DNA of 64,000 bases, taken from the NCBI RefSeq assembly GCF_052425735.1, contig NC_135760.1:26598001-26662000 (forward strand), given 5' to 3'. Made by a program: the position numbers and the translations under genes. A model generated the notes under the pieces. It was given only the letters and a program-made list of their open reading frames with translations, was not told the DNA's origin and did no database searches. Shown here one piece after another: positions 49,591 to 62,400 of this stretch. Position 1 is the stretch's first letter. Each line of letters starts with the position of its first letter. Source of the DNA: Oculina patagonica. Taxonomy: Eukaryota.

Positions 49591-52500
49591 ATGGCGCCCA
49601 AGGATAAGGGTAAGAAATGAGATCGATTGTACAAGATTTTACAGCTCAAAAGTGTTCGAGTTTTCAAAGTTATTGCATTAAACAGTGTTAGAAGTGAATA
49701 AAGATGGTATTGAGAGCCAAGGCAAATTATTACGGCGAGAAAAAGACGATTCTAAAGCGATTTTGTGTTCACTGTTGTGTTCCACGTGTGGAAATTATAA
49801 ATTGAGACTGTCGAATATAATTTGTGAAGACTTGTGCGATTATCGTCCTTGTAAGCGCTGAAAAGCGGCGTATGTAAAGGAATCTACCCATAATGTCTTA
49901 TCCTAAGCCAGTGATGTATTCTGTGGGAATATCGATTTTTTCTGAAAACCTCCATAAAAATGCAAATGTTAAATAACAGAATCAAGTAAAGATTAGTTTG
50001 CCTCTGAACAAAGTAATCTTGAAATATTTTACTTATGGTAAGGTTTCTAGCTTCCAGACCTCGTGTCATGTTCCAAATATTAATTTAAAACTGATTTCTT
50101 TTATTTAATTTGTGTATCACGATAACTTAGTAACCAATGCGTAGTTAGCATTTTTATTTCTGTGCCATTTGGCTTGAAGTTTATCCATAGTAAAAAAGGA
50201 AATTTAGTACTGCTTTATGTTTTAAATCATATTCTTGACAACTTTTTACGGCTTAGAAATTTGATTTAACTTGAGTGGAAGTGTAAAGCTTTACAGCGTT
50301 ATTGCCAGACTTTTCTGATGTTTTTTTTCTGTCTTGTTTCCAGGAAAGACAAAAGCTGGTGCCTCGGCAAAATCCAGCGAGACCTCTAAAGCTCAAAAGG
50401 CTAAGAAGTCTGTGCTGAAGGGTGTTCAAAGAACACCAAAAAGAAAGGTGCGCACAAGTGTGCATTTTTTCCGTCCTAAAACTCTCAGCCTTCGAAGAAC
50501 TCCCAAGTACCCAAGGCATTCTGCTCCCAAGACCAATAAACTTGACCACTATGCCATTATCAAGCATCCTTTGACCACAGAGTCGGCCATGAAGAAAATC
50601 GAAGACAATAACACGCTTGTGTTTATTGTTGATGTGAGAGCTAACAAGCCCCAGATTAAGGCATCTGTGAAGAAGCTGTATGACATTGATGTCTCCAAGG
50701 TCAACACCCTCATCAGGTACTTTTAATCTTTGTAAAAATACTCTAGAATTTTATTACACATAATTATAAGTTTAGTGTTGCTGTATATTATTACAAGTCT
50801 TACTGTAAATTTTTGGTGAGCCCATAGCAAAGCTGTGCTCTTAGAATAACTGCAGGGTGCCCCAAAGCTCTTCTGTAAGAAATATTGGCTGCCCAGCTCT
50901 CAAAGCTTTCAGGATATCAATCTCATTCAAGTCGCCAAAGGCAAAAGTAAGTCGCCTGTGGCACCTGGGCTCTGCTAGAGTACAGCTCTGCATAGGGCGA
51001 GTAAAAATCTACAGCAACACTGCACTGAACTGCTTAGCAACGGGAATAATTATTTCAAGTTTTCCTTGTATTGCATGACTTCAGAGATATTTATATCACT
51101 GTGGTTCTGCACATTGTGTGTAGTTTTGTCATACACTGTTAGTATGATATTTTACCCTTGGAAACGTGACAAAAATTGAAAGTACCATCCTTTTGGTTCT
51201 TTTGTTTTTTAGTCAGATATATAGTGTTCTAACTAGATGTTGTTTTTAATTTAGACCTGATGGCCAGAAGAAAGCTTATGTCAGACTGGCTCCAGATTAT
51301 GATGCATTGGATGTTGCTAACAAGGTTTGTGTTTGTATATTTTCATATACCGTATTTATTCGGTTATAAGGCACACGGTTTTTTCAAGGAAAATCTGTTT
51401 TTCTCTGGGAAGTTTATGCCAAAATTGGGGTGCGTCTTATAGCCGAGTATTTTCGCCCAACAAAATCTTATGACTGCCATTTTACCGGAACTTACAAATA
51501 AAACAAGAAAAATGAAAACACTTAATGTTGGCCATTGACTTTTAGAACAAGAAAACCCATAATAAGAAACAGCAAGTTTCAATGTAAAGTTTATTGTCAC
51601 GTATAAACAAGTTTTAGCAACGCGTGTCTGTGCCAGCATTTTGTTGAAGCACTGCAGACAAAGAAAATCAAGCATACTCATTTGAAACAAACCTTTCTAA
51701 GCGTGGAATGTTAAAAATGACTTTAGAAAACAGGGAAAACACCAAAAAAGCTTGAGAATCTTTCAAAACCACTCGATAAACAAAGTACGAAGCGATACGA
51801 AGCGTGCTTGAGAACTTGGTAACCAAGCTACAAACATAGTAGTTACTGGAAACTACATATCTGCCAGGTTACTAGGCAGCTAAATTCGAAGCATGAACGA
51901 TGGAAAGCTGTTTTGTTCAAGTGGATTTACGTCTTTTTTAGCAAGAAATATTACCATTTCACTCGAAGATTGTGACAAGGAGTATGAACAACATTTAATA
52001 ATTCAAATTCTGTAAGAAGAACTGTCCTTAAATTGATCACCGAATCTTTACAACTCTCCAACTCATGGTGCTTCTTATAACCGAGTGTTTTTGGTAAATT
52101 TTCAGTTTGAAAACTTAGCATGACAACGTTGCCAAGTTTGGGGTGCGTCTTATAACCGAGTGCGCCTTATAACCGAATAAATACGGTAGTTATGTTTTAA
52201 AATGCCTGAAGTTATTTTTTGTCCTATTTTTCTTATAAATAGTTTTGGATTTATGATTTAATTCAGCATCAGTACATATAATAATCAACTTTCCTTTTCT
52301 ACCAAGAACTTTTGTTGGAAATTGTAGAAAAGGAATTCAGGCAGAGAGAAAAATGGCTGAAAAGATTTGTGTATTTCAATGCTGTTTTCTGTAATTATTT
52401 TGATAGAAATAAGACCCTTGGTGACCGTTCTCAGTCCGTGACTGAAAAAAAAACACACACACACCATTAATTCTCCTCTTCATAGTTTTGATTCTCCTCT

Positions 52501-52693
52501 TCATAGTTTTGATTCTTTGTATGTAAGTTCTGCTCTGAGATGATGGTGGAACATCCCATAGTTGATGATTTGATTTATTCTCTTCACTAGTAGATATGGC
52601 ATTGTTCACAAATATTTGATGCTGCTCTTTTGTGGGAATAATATTCAGTCGGTAACAATGTTTTATTTTTAATTGCAGATTGGAATCATCTAA
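49591..52693 (+). CDS. RPL23A: 60S ribosomal protein L23a (uL23), 158 aa
   Basis: Exons 49591-49609, 50344-50716, 51255-51324, 52679-52693. Contains [33 protein letters not shown]...[34 protein letters not shown]; AATAAA near 52716. Confidence 0.98.
50800..51017. mobile_element. Old MITE with imperfect ~60-bp TIRs in RPL23A intron 2
   Basis: ttactgtaaattttt..gagcccatagcaaagctgtgctc vs gagtacagctctgcatagggcgagtaaaaatctacagcaa. Confidence 0.55.
51350..52186. mobile_element. Tc1/mariner-pogo-type non-autonomous element in RPL23A intron 3
   Basis: TA|ccgtatttattcggttataagg ... ccttataaccgaataaatacgg|TA. Confidence 0.88.
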
Positions 52694-52976
52694 GCTGGTC
52701 AAGAACAAATGCAGCAATAAAATTTGATTGTTATTAAAAATGTTTGTTTGTATTTAAATACATGTATCGGTACCTTCCCTCCCTTGACATCCCTTGTGCT
52801 TTTCAGTCCTGCTGCAAAATCTTTCAAATGAAAATGTACTTTAAAGGTTTTGTGGCCACTCCCCCCCCCCCCCCCCCCATGCCCCTCTGAAGGGATCACA
52901 GCACAAATACAACGGAAGCCTCTGCAAAGGAGAGAGTTGCAGCAGAGTTTTTAAAAAATAATGGTGAAAGGAACTA

Positions 52977-53826
52977 CCGTAAAGTTCCGTGTATAAGCCG
53001 CACCTTTTTCCTCTAAATTCAAGTCAAAAATCGGGGGTGCGGCTTATCTACGGAAACATCTCTGGTTGGAGTTCTCAAAGGCCTAATTAATATTCATAAA
53101 AAACTTCTCAAGACGTCATGAAAACTTTGTTGTTGTTCACTACCTTTTAGTTCCTCTGCAAAGCTGTTTGCAGTGAAGCGTGCCAGTCACTTCGAATCAT
53201 GTCTTTCCGCCGCGTGCGAGAAGGCACCAAGATAAACGCAAATACTCACAAGGCAAATTGCTGACCGCTTCGGTTTTTTATTGACCTTCACAGCAAATAC
53301 ATCTGCTGGATTAACAAACTCTTATTCTGCATGAAGTTTTAATCCAGTTGCGGGTAGCAGTTTCCAAGAATCTTGAAATAAAAACGTGGTTCCTTCCGAA
53401 GTAAATGCCGCCATGTTTGTTTTTAATGCCCAGACTCCTCTCTACAATTTAGAGCTTGGCTACTAAGCATTCATCATTCGCGAACGATTCGAACGAATTT
53501 CAAGTGTTTCAGGAGTGTTTAAAAGTGATAATCTCGAAAAAATGATATCAAGAGAGCATCCAAGTTTAAGATATTGTGAACTCAAACTAAAAAGGAGGTA
53601 TGACAAGTGAAATTTAGCTTTCGTAAGTCTTAATTTATATTAAACATTGCAACAACCACCGTGTCAGTGTCTCGAAACTGTGCTTGTTTGCCCTTGATTG
53701 TTTACCAATAGAACTTCACTTGAACTTCAAACTTTATTGTCTGTATATTTTTTTTTCCAAAATTTGAGCTTCCAAATCGGGGGTGCGGCTTATCTACGGG
53801 TGCGGCTTATACACGGAACTTTACGG
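52977..53826. mobile_element. Tc1/mariner-pogo-type non-autonomous element
   Basis: TA|ccgtaaagttccgtgtataagccgcacc ... ggtgcggcttatacacggaactttacgg|TA. Confidence 0.9.
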
Positions 53827-54256
53827 TAAACAGTATTATTTTGATTGTTGTTTTCTGCATTGGAAACTTTTTAAGTTGCATTTACAAATACTGTCAACTC
53901 TCTTCTAATGAACACCTCTACAACACAGACACTTCCATAAGACGGACACCTGGTGTAACACCATGTGCCCGTCTTATGGACCGTGTTGGTCCCGTCTTTG
54001 TGGTTTTCAGTTATGTTGCTGTAACTAAATTCCCTCTAAGATGGACAGTTGGAGCCGGTCCCAAAGATGTCTGTTTTAGAGAGAGTTGCTGTATTTTCAG
54101 GGCTTTTATATTTGATAATTCATCTCAGCAGTGCTTGGCAAGGATGAGACGAAAAATAGTGTCCAAAAACACTGGAAATAAGGAAAAAGGAGGCATGGTT
54201 GGGAGGCCCCTGCACTTCTTCAGACCAGATTTTATCACAGTTTACTTAACAGGACT

Positions 54257-54537
54257 GTGGGAGGCATAGTGTTCTAATGGTTACCATGCTGGACTCCAGA
54301 TTAAACAGTCCAAGTTTGAGCCCTGGCCAGGGTCGCTGTATTGTGTTCTTGGGCAAGACAATTAACTCTTATAGTGCCTCTCTCCACCCACAGGTATATA
54401 AATGAAAACCGGCAAAATATTTGTGAGGGGTACCCTGGGATGGACTAGCGTCCCATTCGGGGGAGTAGAAATGTTCCAAGCCACATAATGCTACAGAAAC
54501 TGGGATGAGCTCCGGCAGTATGGGCCACATGGCTCCC
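54257..54537 (+). mobile_element. tRNA-derived SINE
   Basis: Degenerate A/B-box head (tagtgttctaatgg...gtttgagcc) followed by a ttcttgggcaagaca..agtgcctctctccaccca core-like body. Confidence 0.7.
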
Positions 54538-56663
54538 CCTCCCCCTTAAATAACGGGACAAAGGGGAAAACATGATTACTTATCCAAACTTCAATATTGA
54601 CCCTTGCTTATAAAATAACATTTCGATGCTAATAAATTTGCATAAAGTGCTTCAAGCACTTGTCATTACTTTTCAAAGGAAGGAGCAAATTGTGACAGAG
54701 CACTCTCCTACATGGTATAAGAGCAGAGCACATTCTGTTTGCAAGACATAAATAACATAAAATTTTTGCAATAATGAAAATGTCATTTTCCAAAATCAAA
54801 GTTCTGTTACTGATTCATCAGAAACATGCTAGCTAGTGGTTTACATCTTTCCTTACGACTGGATTATAAAAATAGTGAAAGTGGAGATGATATTCACAGA
54901 AAGTTTAAAAAATGGACTTCAAAGGATATTTGAAGAAATGTGCTAACAACTTGGCTGTGGGGGGTGGTAATTTACTGTCCTGGGGGGGGGGCACTCCCAT
55001 ATATGAGCTACCGTATAAAGGTATGTGCCACAGTGAAGGGTGTGGTTTTCAGAGAGTTTTGGCCTAGAATAGGGTATCATTTGAAGGGAAACGGATCAGT
55101 GGTATCATGAACTAAGACAAGAATAGGAATAGAGAGGCCCTGCCAGGGTAAATTCCGACAAGTGACACGGCACAAAAAGTAGCGACAACACATAAAATAA
55201 AATCGCGACAAACGACAACCCTTTTGGAAAAACTTAAATTCCGACAAGGACAAGCAATTTCCTTAAATTCAACTACCGACAGCGACAGGAAGTGCTATAA
55301 AACAGCGACACAAGATATTTTAAAATTTAGACAAGCGACACAGGATCCCCCCCCCCTGGCAGGGCAGAAACTTGGAAGAGAAAGAGGCTTTCCCAAATTT
55401 AGATAAAATCATTGTGGCAACCTTGTTGATAGATAGTTTTCCATTAAAAACACTAAAAGTGATTATTACAGCATTAAACAGATATGCAAGTCTGGGATAG
55501 GGTAGGGAATTTTGGTGTCTAGTCTGGTATAGGATAAGGATTTCAAAGTCCCAGTGGCACACCCCCACCCAAAAATATACAGAGTACCCCCAGCCACCTT
55601 TAGGTTTACTGTATACTTGTTAACTTATTCTCAAATTTTAATGCCCGAGAAAATTGGAAGTAAAACCACACAAAGTACATGTAGTGTTAACAGTTTGTCA
55701 CGCCAGGATTCCATCCTGTGAAGACTCTGAGACTGTTCAAATTTTGGAGACAATCAGTTTGGATGGTTGCCAAGTGGGGTATTTTTTGTTGTAGTGCAAA
55801 AAATCATTTTGGTTAGTTGTTTTAATCAACTTCTTCAATGTCATCAAACTCAGTTGAAGTTCTCAATGGAACACTTTCCAACCATTTCTGGCTGAAGTGG
55901 CTGATGACACATAATTTCCATGATCCTTCAACTATACCAGGAGTGGTAACATTCTCATCCCAGATCCACTGGTCCCTCTTAGCCAACTGAGCCAGGGGCA
56001 TGAGGAACAAGTAGGCTGTTTACAGCCTCTCTTTTTTTCTGCACTGGCATCCAGTTTTCTTGCTGTTCTTTCCCTGTGCTCATCAATCCAAAAAATCCGA
56101 AAAAATAGAGGGCTGTGAACAGTCTAGGAACAAGAAGCTCTGGGGACACATGAAATTAAATATCTTTATTGTAAGAAATTTTACAATTGATTTGATTTGC
56201 TTAATTTAAATTTCCAATCAACCCTCCAAGTTAAGACCATTTTAGTCGCCATGGCAACTAAAATTAAGAAGAATTGAAAGCGTGAGCTTAATTGGCAACT
56301 AAACTTTTTCACTGGCGACCAAACTTGAGCAGATGGTTTCCAACTGGCCACTATTAAGGAAAAAAAAACTTGGAGGGTTGCTTTGTTGAAGATCTAGCCA
56401 ATCAAATCATGTGTCACCAGAGCCACTTGTTCCATGTGCCCCGGACTCTGCTTGCAAAGAGACCCAAGAGGGACAAGCAGCTCTGGGTACGAGAATGGTG
56501 GTAACTGCTGGACTCCAGACCGAGTGGCCTGGGTTCAAGCCCTGGCTCTCAGACTCACCCAGCCGTATAAACGCTAACTGGTAAATTAATATCACCTGTT
56601 ATCATCTGTCTCAACCTTTTATATAAAAGTCTTCTGTTGTTTTTTTTTTAACAAAAACAGTTA

Positions 56664-56946
56664 TGAATAAAAATCAGCGATAATAAATGACGTTTCGATG
56701 AATCACGGTTCATCATTATCAAATTCTAAAAAGGCAGGATTCTGTTGAGTTCTATATATATTGAGAATGCGTGTGAAAGTACTCAAGAATGCGTGTGAAA
56801 GTACTTTCACATGCATTCTCAATATATAAAGAACTCAACAAAATCTGACTTTTAAGAATTTGATAATGATGAACCTTGATTCATCGAAACATCATTTATT
56901 ATCGCTGATTTTTATTCTTAATTGTTTACTGAAAGCCTCCGTTATT
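56664..56946. mobile_element. Penelope-like inverted-repeat insertion carrying hammerhead motifs in both arms
   Basis: About 130-bp imperfect inverted arms, flanked by the 11-bp direct repeat aaaaacagtta (56653-56663, 56947-56957). Confidence 0.7.
56685..56727 (-). ncRNA. Minimal type I hammerhead ribozyme, U3-A8 variant
   Basis: Minus strand GAAU-UUGAUAA-U-GAUGAA ccguga UUCAUC-GAAACGUC^AUUU: core, 6-bp stem II, palindromic ACGU stem III, GUC cleavage site, 4-bp stem I. Confidence 0.6.
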
Positions 56947-57274
56947 AAAAACAGTTACCAGTATATTTAGATTATTTTTGTTGGTCCCAATAAATCACAA
57001 CCTAACATTACAATCCACATAAAGCACAACACAATATCAAAAGGAACACAATTTATTTCAAATAATTATATTCAAGATCTATGATCCCAATACATCCTTC
57101 ATTTTAAATTTCCAGGTTTTTAAACACCTCTTATTGCTGCTGTGTCATTTTTATGCCATACCTGCAGAAATATCTTTGAGATAAGGTTAACAAGAAAGCT
57201 TTACTTTAAAATAAGTTCTTAGTGAACAAAGCACTGGCAATAGTTTAAAATTAATGTTGTAATACCTTACACTA

Positions 57275-57437
57275 CAGGGACGGCGGAGCAATTATCCAAG
57301 TGGGGGGGGGGGGGGGGGGCTGACTAGTGACTTGAAGTGGGGGGGCTTAAAAGACTTTTCTCTTAGTAAGTCTTTATTTTTTCGGAAATTCTGGGGGGGC
57401 TAAAGCCCCCCCAGCCCCCCCGGCTCTGCCGTGCCTG
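57275..57437. mobile_element. Small CAG..CTG MITE with 5-bp TSD (hAT5-like)
   Basis: cacta|cagggacggcggagc ... gctctgccgtgcctg|cacta. Confidence 0.7.
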
Positions 57438-58107
57438 CACTACAGGGTTAGTAAAAAGAAATAATTATTAATGAACTGATGTGAAATCCATATTGGGGCA
57501 ATATTGGTTAATTTCCTTTGCAAGCCAAAGACAAAGTCAAAGTCCAACAAACCTACGGGAAGTGCTATAAAACAGCGACACGGGTCATTTTTAAAGTTAG
57601 ACAAGCGACACGGAATCCCCCCTGGTAGGGCCTCGAGGGGGGTAGTCCTCATCATTGTATTTCAAAATTAAGAAAGTTCTACAGTATTTTAAATCAGGAC
57701 ACGCCCAGTTGCCCCTGTTACCCATAGGAAATATAATAACAAAGGCAATGGAGTGACTCATTGTTTTATCTGCTTTGTTCTTTCTACTGTTTGCCTACAA
57801 TAACACCAACCCTCTCTGAACATGTTGAAATCCTTAGAATCCCTGCCATGAAGATCAAGGCAATATATAACCTGGAACGCAACTAACTACACAAATAACC
57901 GCCAGGTATTTCTAAACTGAGCATTTATACATGAGGAATTGTAGCATTTTCCAAATGAAAAATTTTAACTACATCAAACGTCTCTTCAAATAAAAGTTTT
58001 AGAAGCACTGTTAGTAAGGTAAACTTCTTGTGTAAATGATTGCACTGCATGTAAAAGTAATACAGATCTCTATGCTATTAACAGACAAATACAACGTCAA
58101 AACGTGT

Positions 58108-58839
58108 TCACTCAAGCTCTCCTATGGCAGTGAATTCATCTTCAAGTCTTTGTTTCTTATCATGCCAGCTCTCTATTTCTGCTGTTACCTCGTCAACTCG
58201 TCGAAGAGAGTTTTGTTCTAACCTTTCCTTTTCCTCGCATTCCTCTGTCATCTTTTTTAACTCTTCCTCCAATATTTGGATTTTCTGTTCGCTGTCGCTT
58301 TCTCTCTCGCTAGCCTTCACGTCGTCTTGCTCCAGTTTGCGCAGATTTTCTCCAGCGGTACGGATCATCTGTTCCAATTCAGGGATTCGCTTCAGGGCTT
58401 TATCCCTGCGATCTTCCGAGCGGGAAAGATCGTTTTCAAGAACAGTGAGCTTCCTCTGAGCTTCGTTTAGCCTCATGAGAGCAGACTCAGCGGACGACTG
58501 AGCATCTTGCACCTGAACTTCGATCGTTCTCAGATGTTCATCGATTTCTACTTCAGCGTATGTAAGCTCCCTTCCTTTGTCGGACTCAGTTTCCACTTTC
58601 TCCTTCAGCTCCTTCAGCTTACTTTCCTTGTCGTCTATTTCAGCGTTAGCGTCGTTGACTTTTTGTCGCAAATACTGAATGCGCCTCTTGTATCCAGCAG
58701 CTTCGTCTTCCTTGGCCATGATTTCTTGTTTCACCGTTTTCAGCTTATTCTTCGCATCAATTTCTCTCTCAATCGCTTCCTCGGTCTTTTCTTTTGTTGC
58801 AATCATTTTGTTCTTCACGTCCTCAATTCCAGACGACAT
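58108..58839 (-). CDS. Intronless tropomyosin-like coiled-coil protein, 243 aa
   Basis: First ATG at 58839 (MSSGIEDVKNKM). Continuous heptads, low-molecular-weight tropomyosin length, motifs EAAGYKRRIQ, EAQRKLTVLENDLSRSEDR, GENLRKLE. Confidence 0.85.
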   Translation of the reverse strand: MSSGIEDVKNKMIATKEKTEEAIEREIDAKNKLKTVKQEIMAKEDEAAGYKRRIQYLRQKVNDANAEIDDKESKLKELKEKVETESDKGRELTYAEVEIDEHLRTIEVQVQDAQSSAESALMRLNEAQRKLTVLENDLSRSEDRRDKALKRIPELEQMIRTAGENLRKLEQDDVKASERESDSEQKIQILEEELKKMTEECEEKERLEQNSLRRVDEVTAEIESWHDKKQRLEDEFTAIGELE

Positions 58840-59198
58840 GATTATGGCAGAATTTGATGTCAAACTTTACCTTTTTTCAATCAAAACACTCCTTACACAC
58901 CCTGTTGGAGGCCTGCTGGATCGATCGAATGATGCTCAAGAAACGATGATCGCGCATAAAGACCACTGACAACCTTGCGGATTCACCCTCCCCAGTCCTT
59001 CCTCTCACATTGTCGAAATCTTGTTAAAAAAAGGCAAAATAATCTTCATTTTTTTCACACAAAATCTATATTATAAACTCACTCAGTGCACCGTGGATTC
59101 GGTAAAGACTTTCATGTTCTCTTTTCCAAAGAAGAAAACTCTGCAACGAAGGACCGTGAAAAAGTGGGAGTCTGGTTCCTAGTAAACAATAGTCAAAT

Positions 59199-59235
59199 CT
59201 GATTGGCTAATATTTTCCAGGAGGCGAAATTCGAA
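59199..59235 (+). promoter_or_regulatory. NF-Y CCAAT box plus adjacent E2F/CDE-CHR-like element in the divergent promoter
   Basis: CTGATTGGCT at 59199-59208; GGCGAAA-TTCGAA at 59223-59235, about 170 bp upstream of the PRR11-like ATG. Confidence 0.55.
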
Positions 59236-59401
59236 CAGTTCAGTGATTTTCAAGTTGATGTTTTGATTTCTTCTTCAAATTTTATAACAGTTTTCCAGTT
59301 TTCGTTAACATGCCTCCATAGAATCGAGCTGATTTCTAATACATTTGTTACAGAACTATATCAGGAGCAAGAAAGTGTGCTTTCAAAGTTTAATTTTGAC
59401 C

Positions 59402-62400
59402 ATGGGAAGAAAGAGAAAGCGTTTTCAAACGAAGCAAAACTGGGGTTCTACAAATTCAAGGAAACAGAGAAAGAGACGAAAAACCCGTGGACATGGACTA
59501 AACCAGACAAAGATTTCAAAGGAAGTTGATGGATCACAAGTCAAGCTATCAAACACGATGAATTGCAAGATGCTGGAATTAATTTCTCGTGAAAAATCGA
59601 GCTCTTCCGGAAGCGAAACGACCTGCAATTTATCCTCTTGTACTTTTTCACCTGATAAAGGTTGGAATAAATTCTATGGAGTAAGCACAATGTTTTCTCG
59701 ACTGCAGACTATCGCAAGCATGTTTCAACGTTCAACAATGGAGTGTTTTAGGTCAATACGAAATGTGTTTCTTCTTCTAAACTGGCTCAAACGAATCTTT
59801 GGTTGTGGATTGCAAACGCTAGGGAAGGTTAGTACAGTTGGAATTCATAATTGCCTTGTTATGGTCTGCCTTTGTATAATTTAACTAAGTCAAGTTACAC
59901 AGGGTCTGGAAGGGGAGGTCCTCATCCCGCATTCCCGCTCCTTTTTCACGCGAATCCCACATCCCGCACTTTTTCCATGGTTATCCCGAATCCCGTTTTT
60001 TTTCCCTCAAAAATGCATAAGAAGTCTATTTTCTGCAAAAGCGTCGATAAAAATATAATGTAAAATGTAGATATTGTCATGCATCTTGCGTCCAGTTGAA
60101 ACAAAATACTCTCTGCTGTGTGCCCATCTGGCGCTTACTTGACAGTTTCAAGGAGACACCACTTAGCACTCGCCTGGTTGATTTGCTTTAGCTTTCGCCG
60201 GTTGAATGTTTATTCGGGTCGTGACGGTTTCCCGAATTCCCGACAGACAGGCAAAAAATCCCGCATCCCATGCCCAAATTTTGGTGAATCCCGCTTCCCG
60301 GGGAGCAGTCAAATCTCGTATCCCGTCTTGATATTTTGCTTTTTCCCGAATCCCGCACCGTATTTTGGTCAAATCCCGGATCCCGAAAATACCCTTCCAG
60401 ACCCTGGTTACAGGTGTCACGAGCTCTTTACTTCTAGATCCTGTGCTCATAATATTCATTTTTTTCTTTTGTTATTGTTTATAAACAGTTTTTACTAGCT
60501 GAGAAAGATCAGCTGACTTTAACTGACAGTAACAAAACAACCCACTTTGAGGAAATGATGAAAAGGATGGAAAATTTGGAGGAGGAAGTAAAATTACTGA
60601 AATCTGAACTCGCCAAGGTATTTATAAAAAATATTAATAACAATATTTTTGATAAACCATTGGCCTCTCCAGGTACATGTATACATGTACCGGTACACTG
60701 TATGCAGACTTTATTAATAATAATAACCATACTAGTTTTAATTTCCTTTAAAAGTTCTGTCCTAGGAAGTTCTCTCTGCTGACTCCACCTTTCTCATTTG
60801 TGAGAGTGTCCCTTACAATTAAATTAATAAAAAATAATTATTAAATCAATAAATTTTATTAACGGGGTTGTCACAACATTTTAAAGTGACTGATGGTTTT
60901 ATTGTTGGAGTTGTTGGCTAATTTTGCCATGAATCAGAAAAATAGCCGATAGTACGGGTAGCCAGCCAAAGTAATAAGTTGATGGCAATTTTGGCCAGTA
61001 GCCATCTACTTTTAATTAATGGAAAATGATGTTCTGGATACATTTTTAAATGCTCCTTTTGGTTTGAATTTTTTTAAACCAGTTTTAATTAGTAATTGTT
61101 TTAAAAAAATCCAACCCCCCCCCCCCCCAAAAAAAAAAAAAATGGCTCAGTTGATTTTTACCAGAAAGAGATGATCCATGCAGACAAACTAATCTACTAA
61201 GATGGTCAAGGCAGACGAACGGGTAGTTCTTCTGGATGGATAATCCATCTGTTTGCCCCCATTTATTACACAGGCGGATTTACAGATGAACTAAAAATGC
61301 AAATTAAATGCCTTTAAATTACATGTAAAATGCAAGTTTATCCAGATTGATCATCATCATCCAGTATAAATCAAGCCATTTATATATTCTATTACTGTAT
61401 GATATCAAATGTTTCCTCTTTTTGTTCCAGAAGACAGCCTGTTCATGTGGAGGTTCATCCACAGGATCAACAACACAACAAGGACATGTACCACCCAGTC
61501 TTCCCTTAAAAATACCACCTCCTCCACCACCCCCACCCCCACCCCCTCCTGTTCTCCCTCCAGCTGCACCTCCACTAGCATTCCTCAAGAATAAACAGGT
61601 ATGTACATTTTATGATTACTTAGCAAATGCATGTAACTTAGTATCTGTTATGATTAATAATAAATAATTTTTCAAGAGGAGGCTCCCATCACATGGAGTG
61701 GTTTTCAGGGAGGTCCTCAAATAAAACTTATTACAAGGTTCTAAAACATTTTTAACAGGATTTATACTAAACTCGGTATTGATTTGTTGATACAGCTGTA
61801 AGTACCCTCAGGCTGGCAACATAACGTTAACCTGAAAACCAAAGAATGTAGTTTACATTTTGCATAAATTTATGTTTAACTTGCCAATTTTCTCTGTTGC
61901 AAAAACAGGATTACAGGTCTTGACCCACCGTGGGTAAAGACATTGTTTTGTCCTCATTTGTGAGTGGTGCACAAAACAACTTATTATAATTATGGGTTTG
62001 GCCTTCCATTTGATTATAGTGTACAATAGGGAGAATCTCCTTCACACCCAAGGACATTTTTTAAATTAGAGTGAGATATTTTAAATATATACTGCAGGCT
62101 GCCTCATATTGAATAACATCACAGAGAGGCAATGCATACAGAAGCTCCAGCTACATAGCTCTTAGCACACATTGCATGCCTATGATGCCGCTTAGTCATT
62201 CCAGTTATAACCGGTAAGAAATATTATTAATAAAAGAAGACATACATGTATTATATAACAGTGACAGTGACAGATCTAGGGGAGGAGCCTGTTTTTTACC
62301 AAACTGAGGCCCAAATTAGGGCCGAGAAAAGTTGTTTTCAAGAGTAGCCCCCTCTTTTTTCAGGGTCTAGATAATCTGGCCCCCCACTTTCCTGAAGGTC

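Noticed and set aside
49860-52670. Intronic snoRNAs in RPL23A (vertebrate RPL23A hosts C/D snoRNAs)
   Set aside because: Box-like words at about 49911 and 52540 lack convincing paired C/D or H/ACA boxes and a recognisable guide; a covariance search is needed.
58124-58969. Plus-strand Ser/Phe/Leu-rich ORFs
   Set aside because: Antisense shadows of the Glu/Lys-rich tropomyosin-like CDS; the same applies to 24209-24556.
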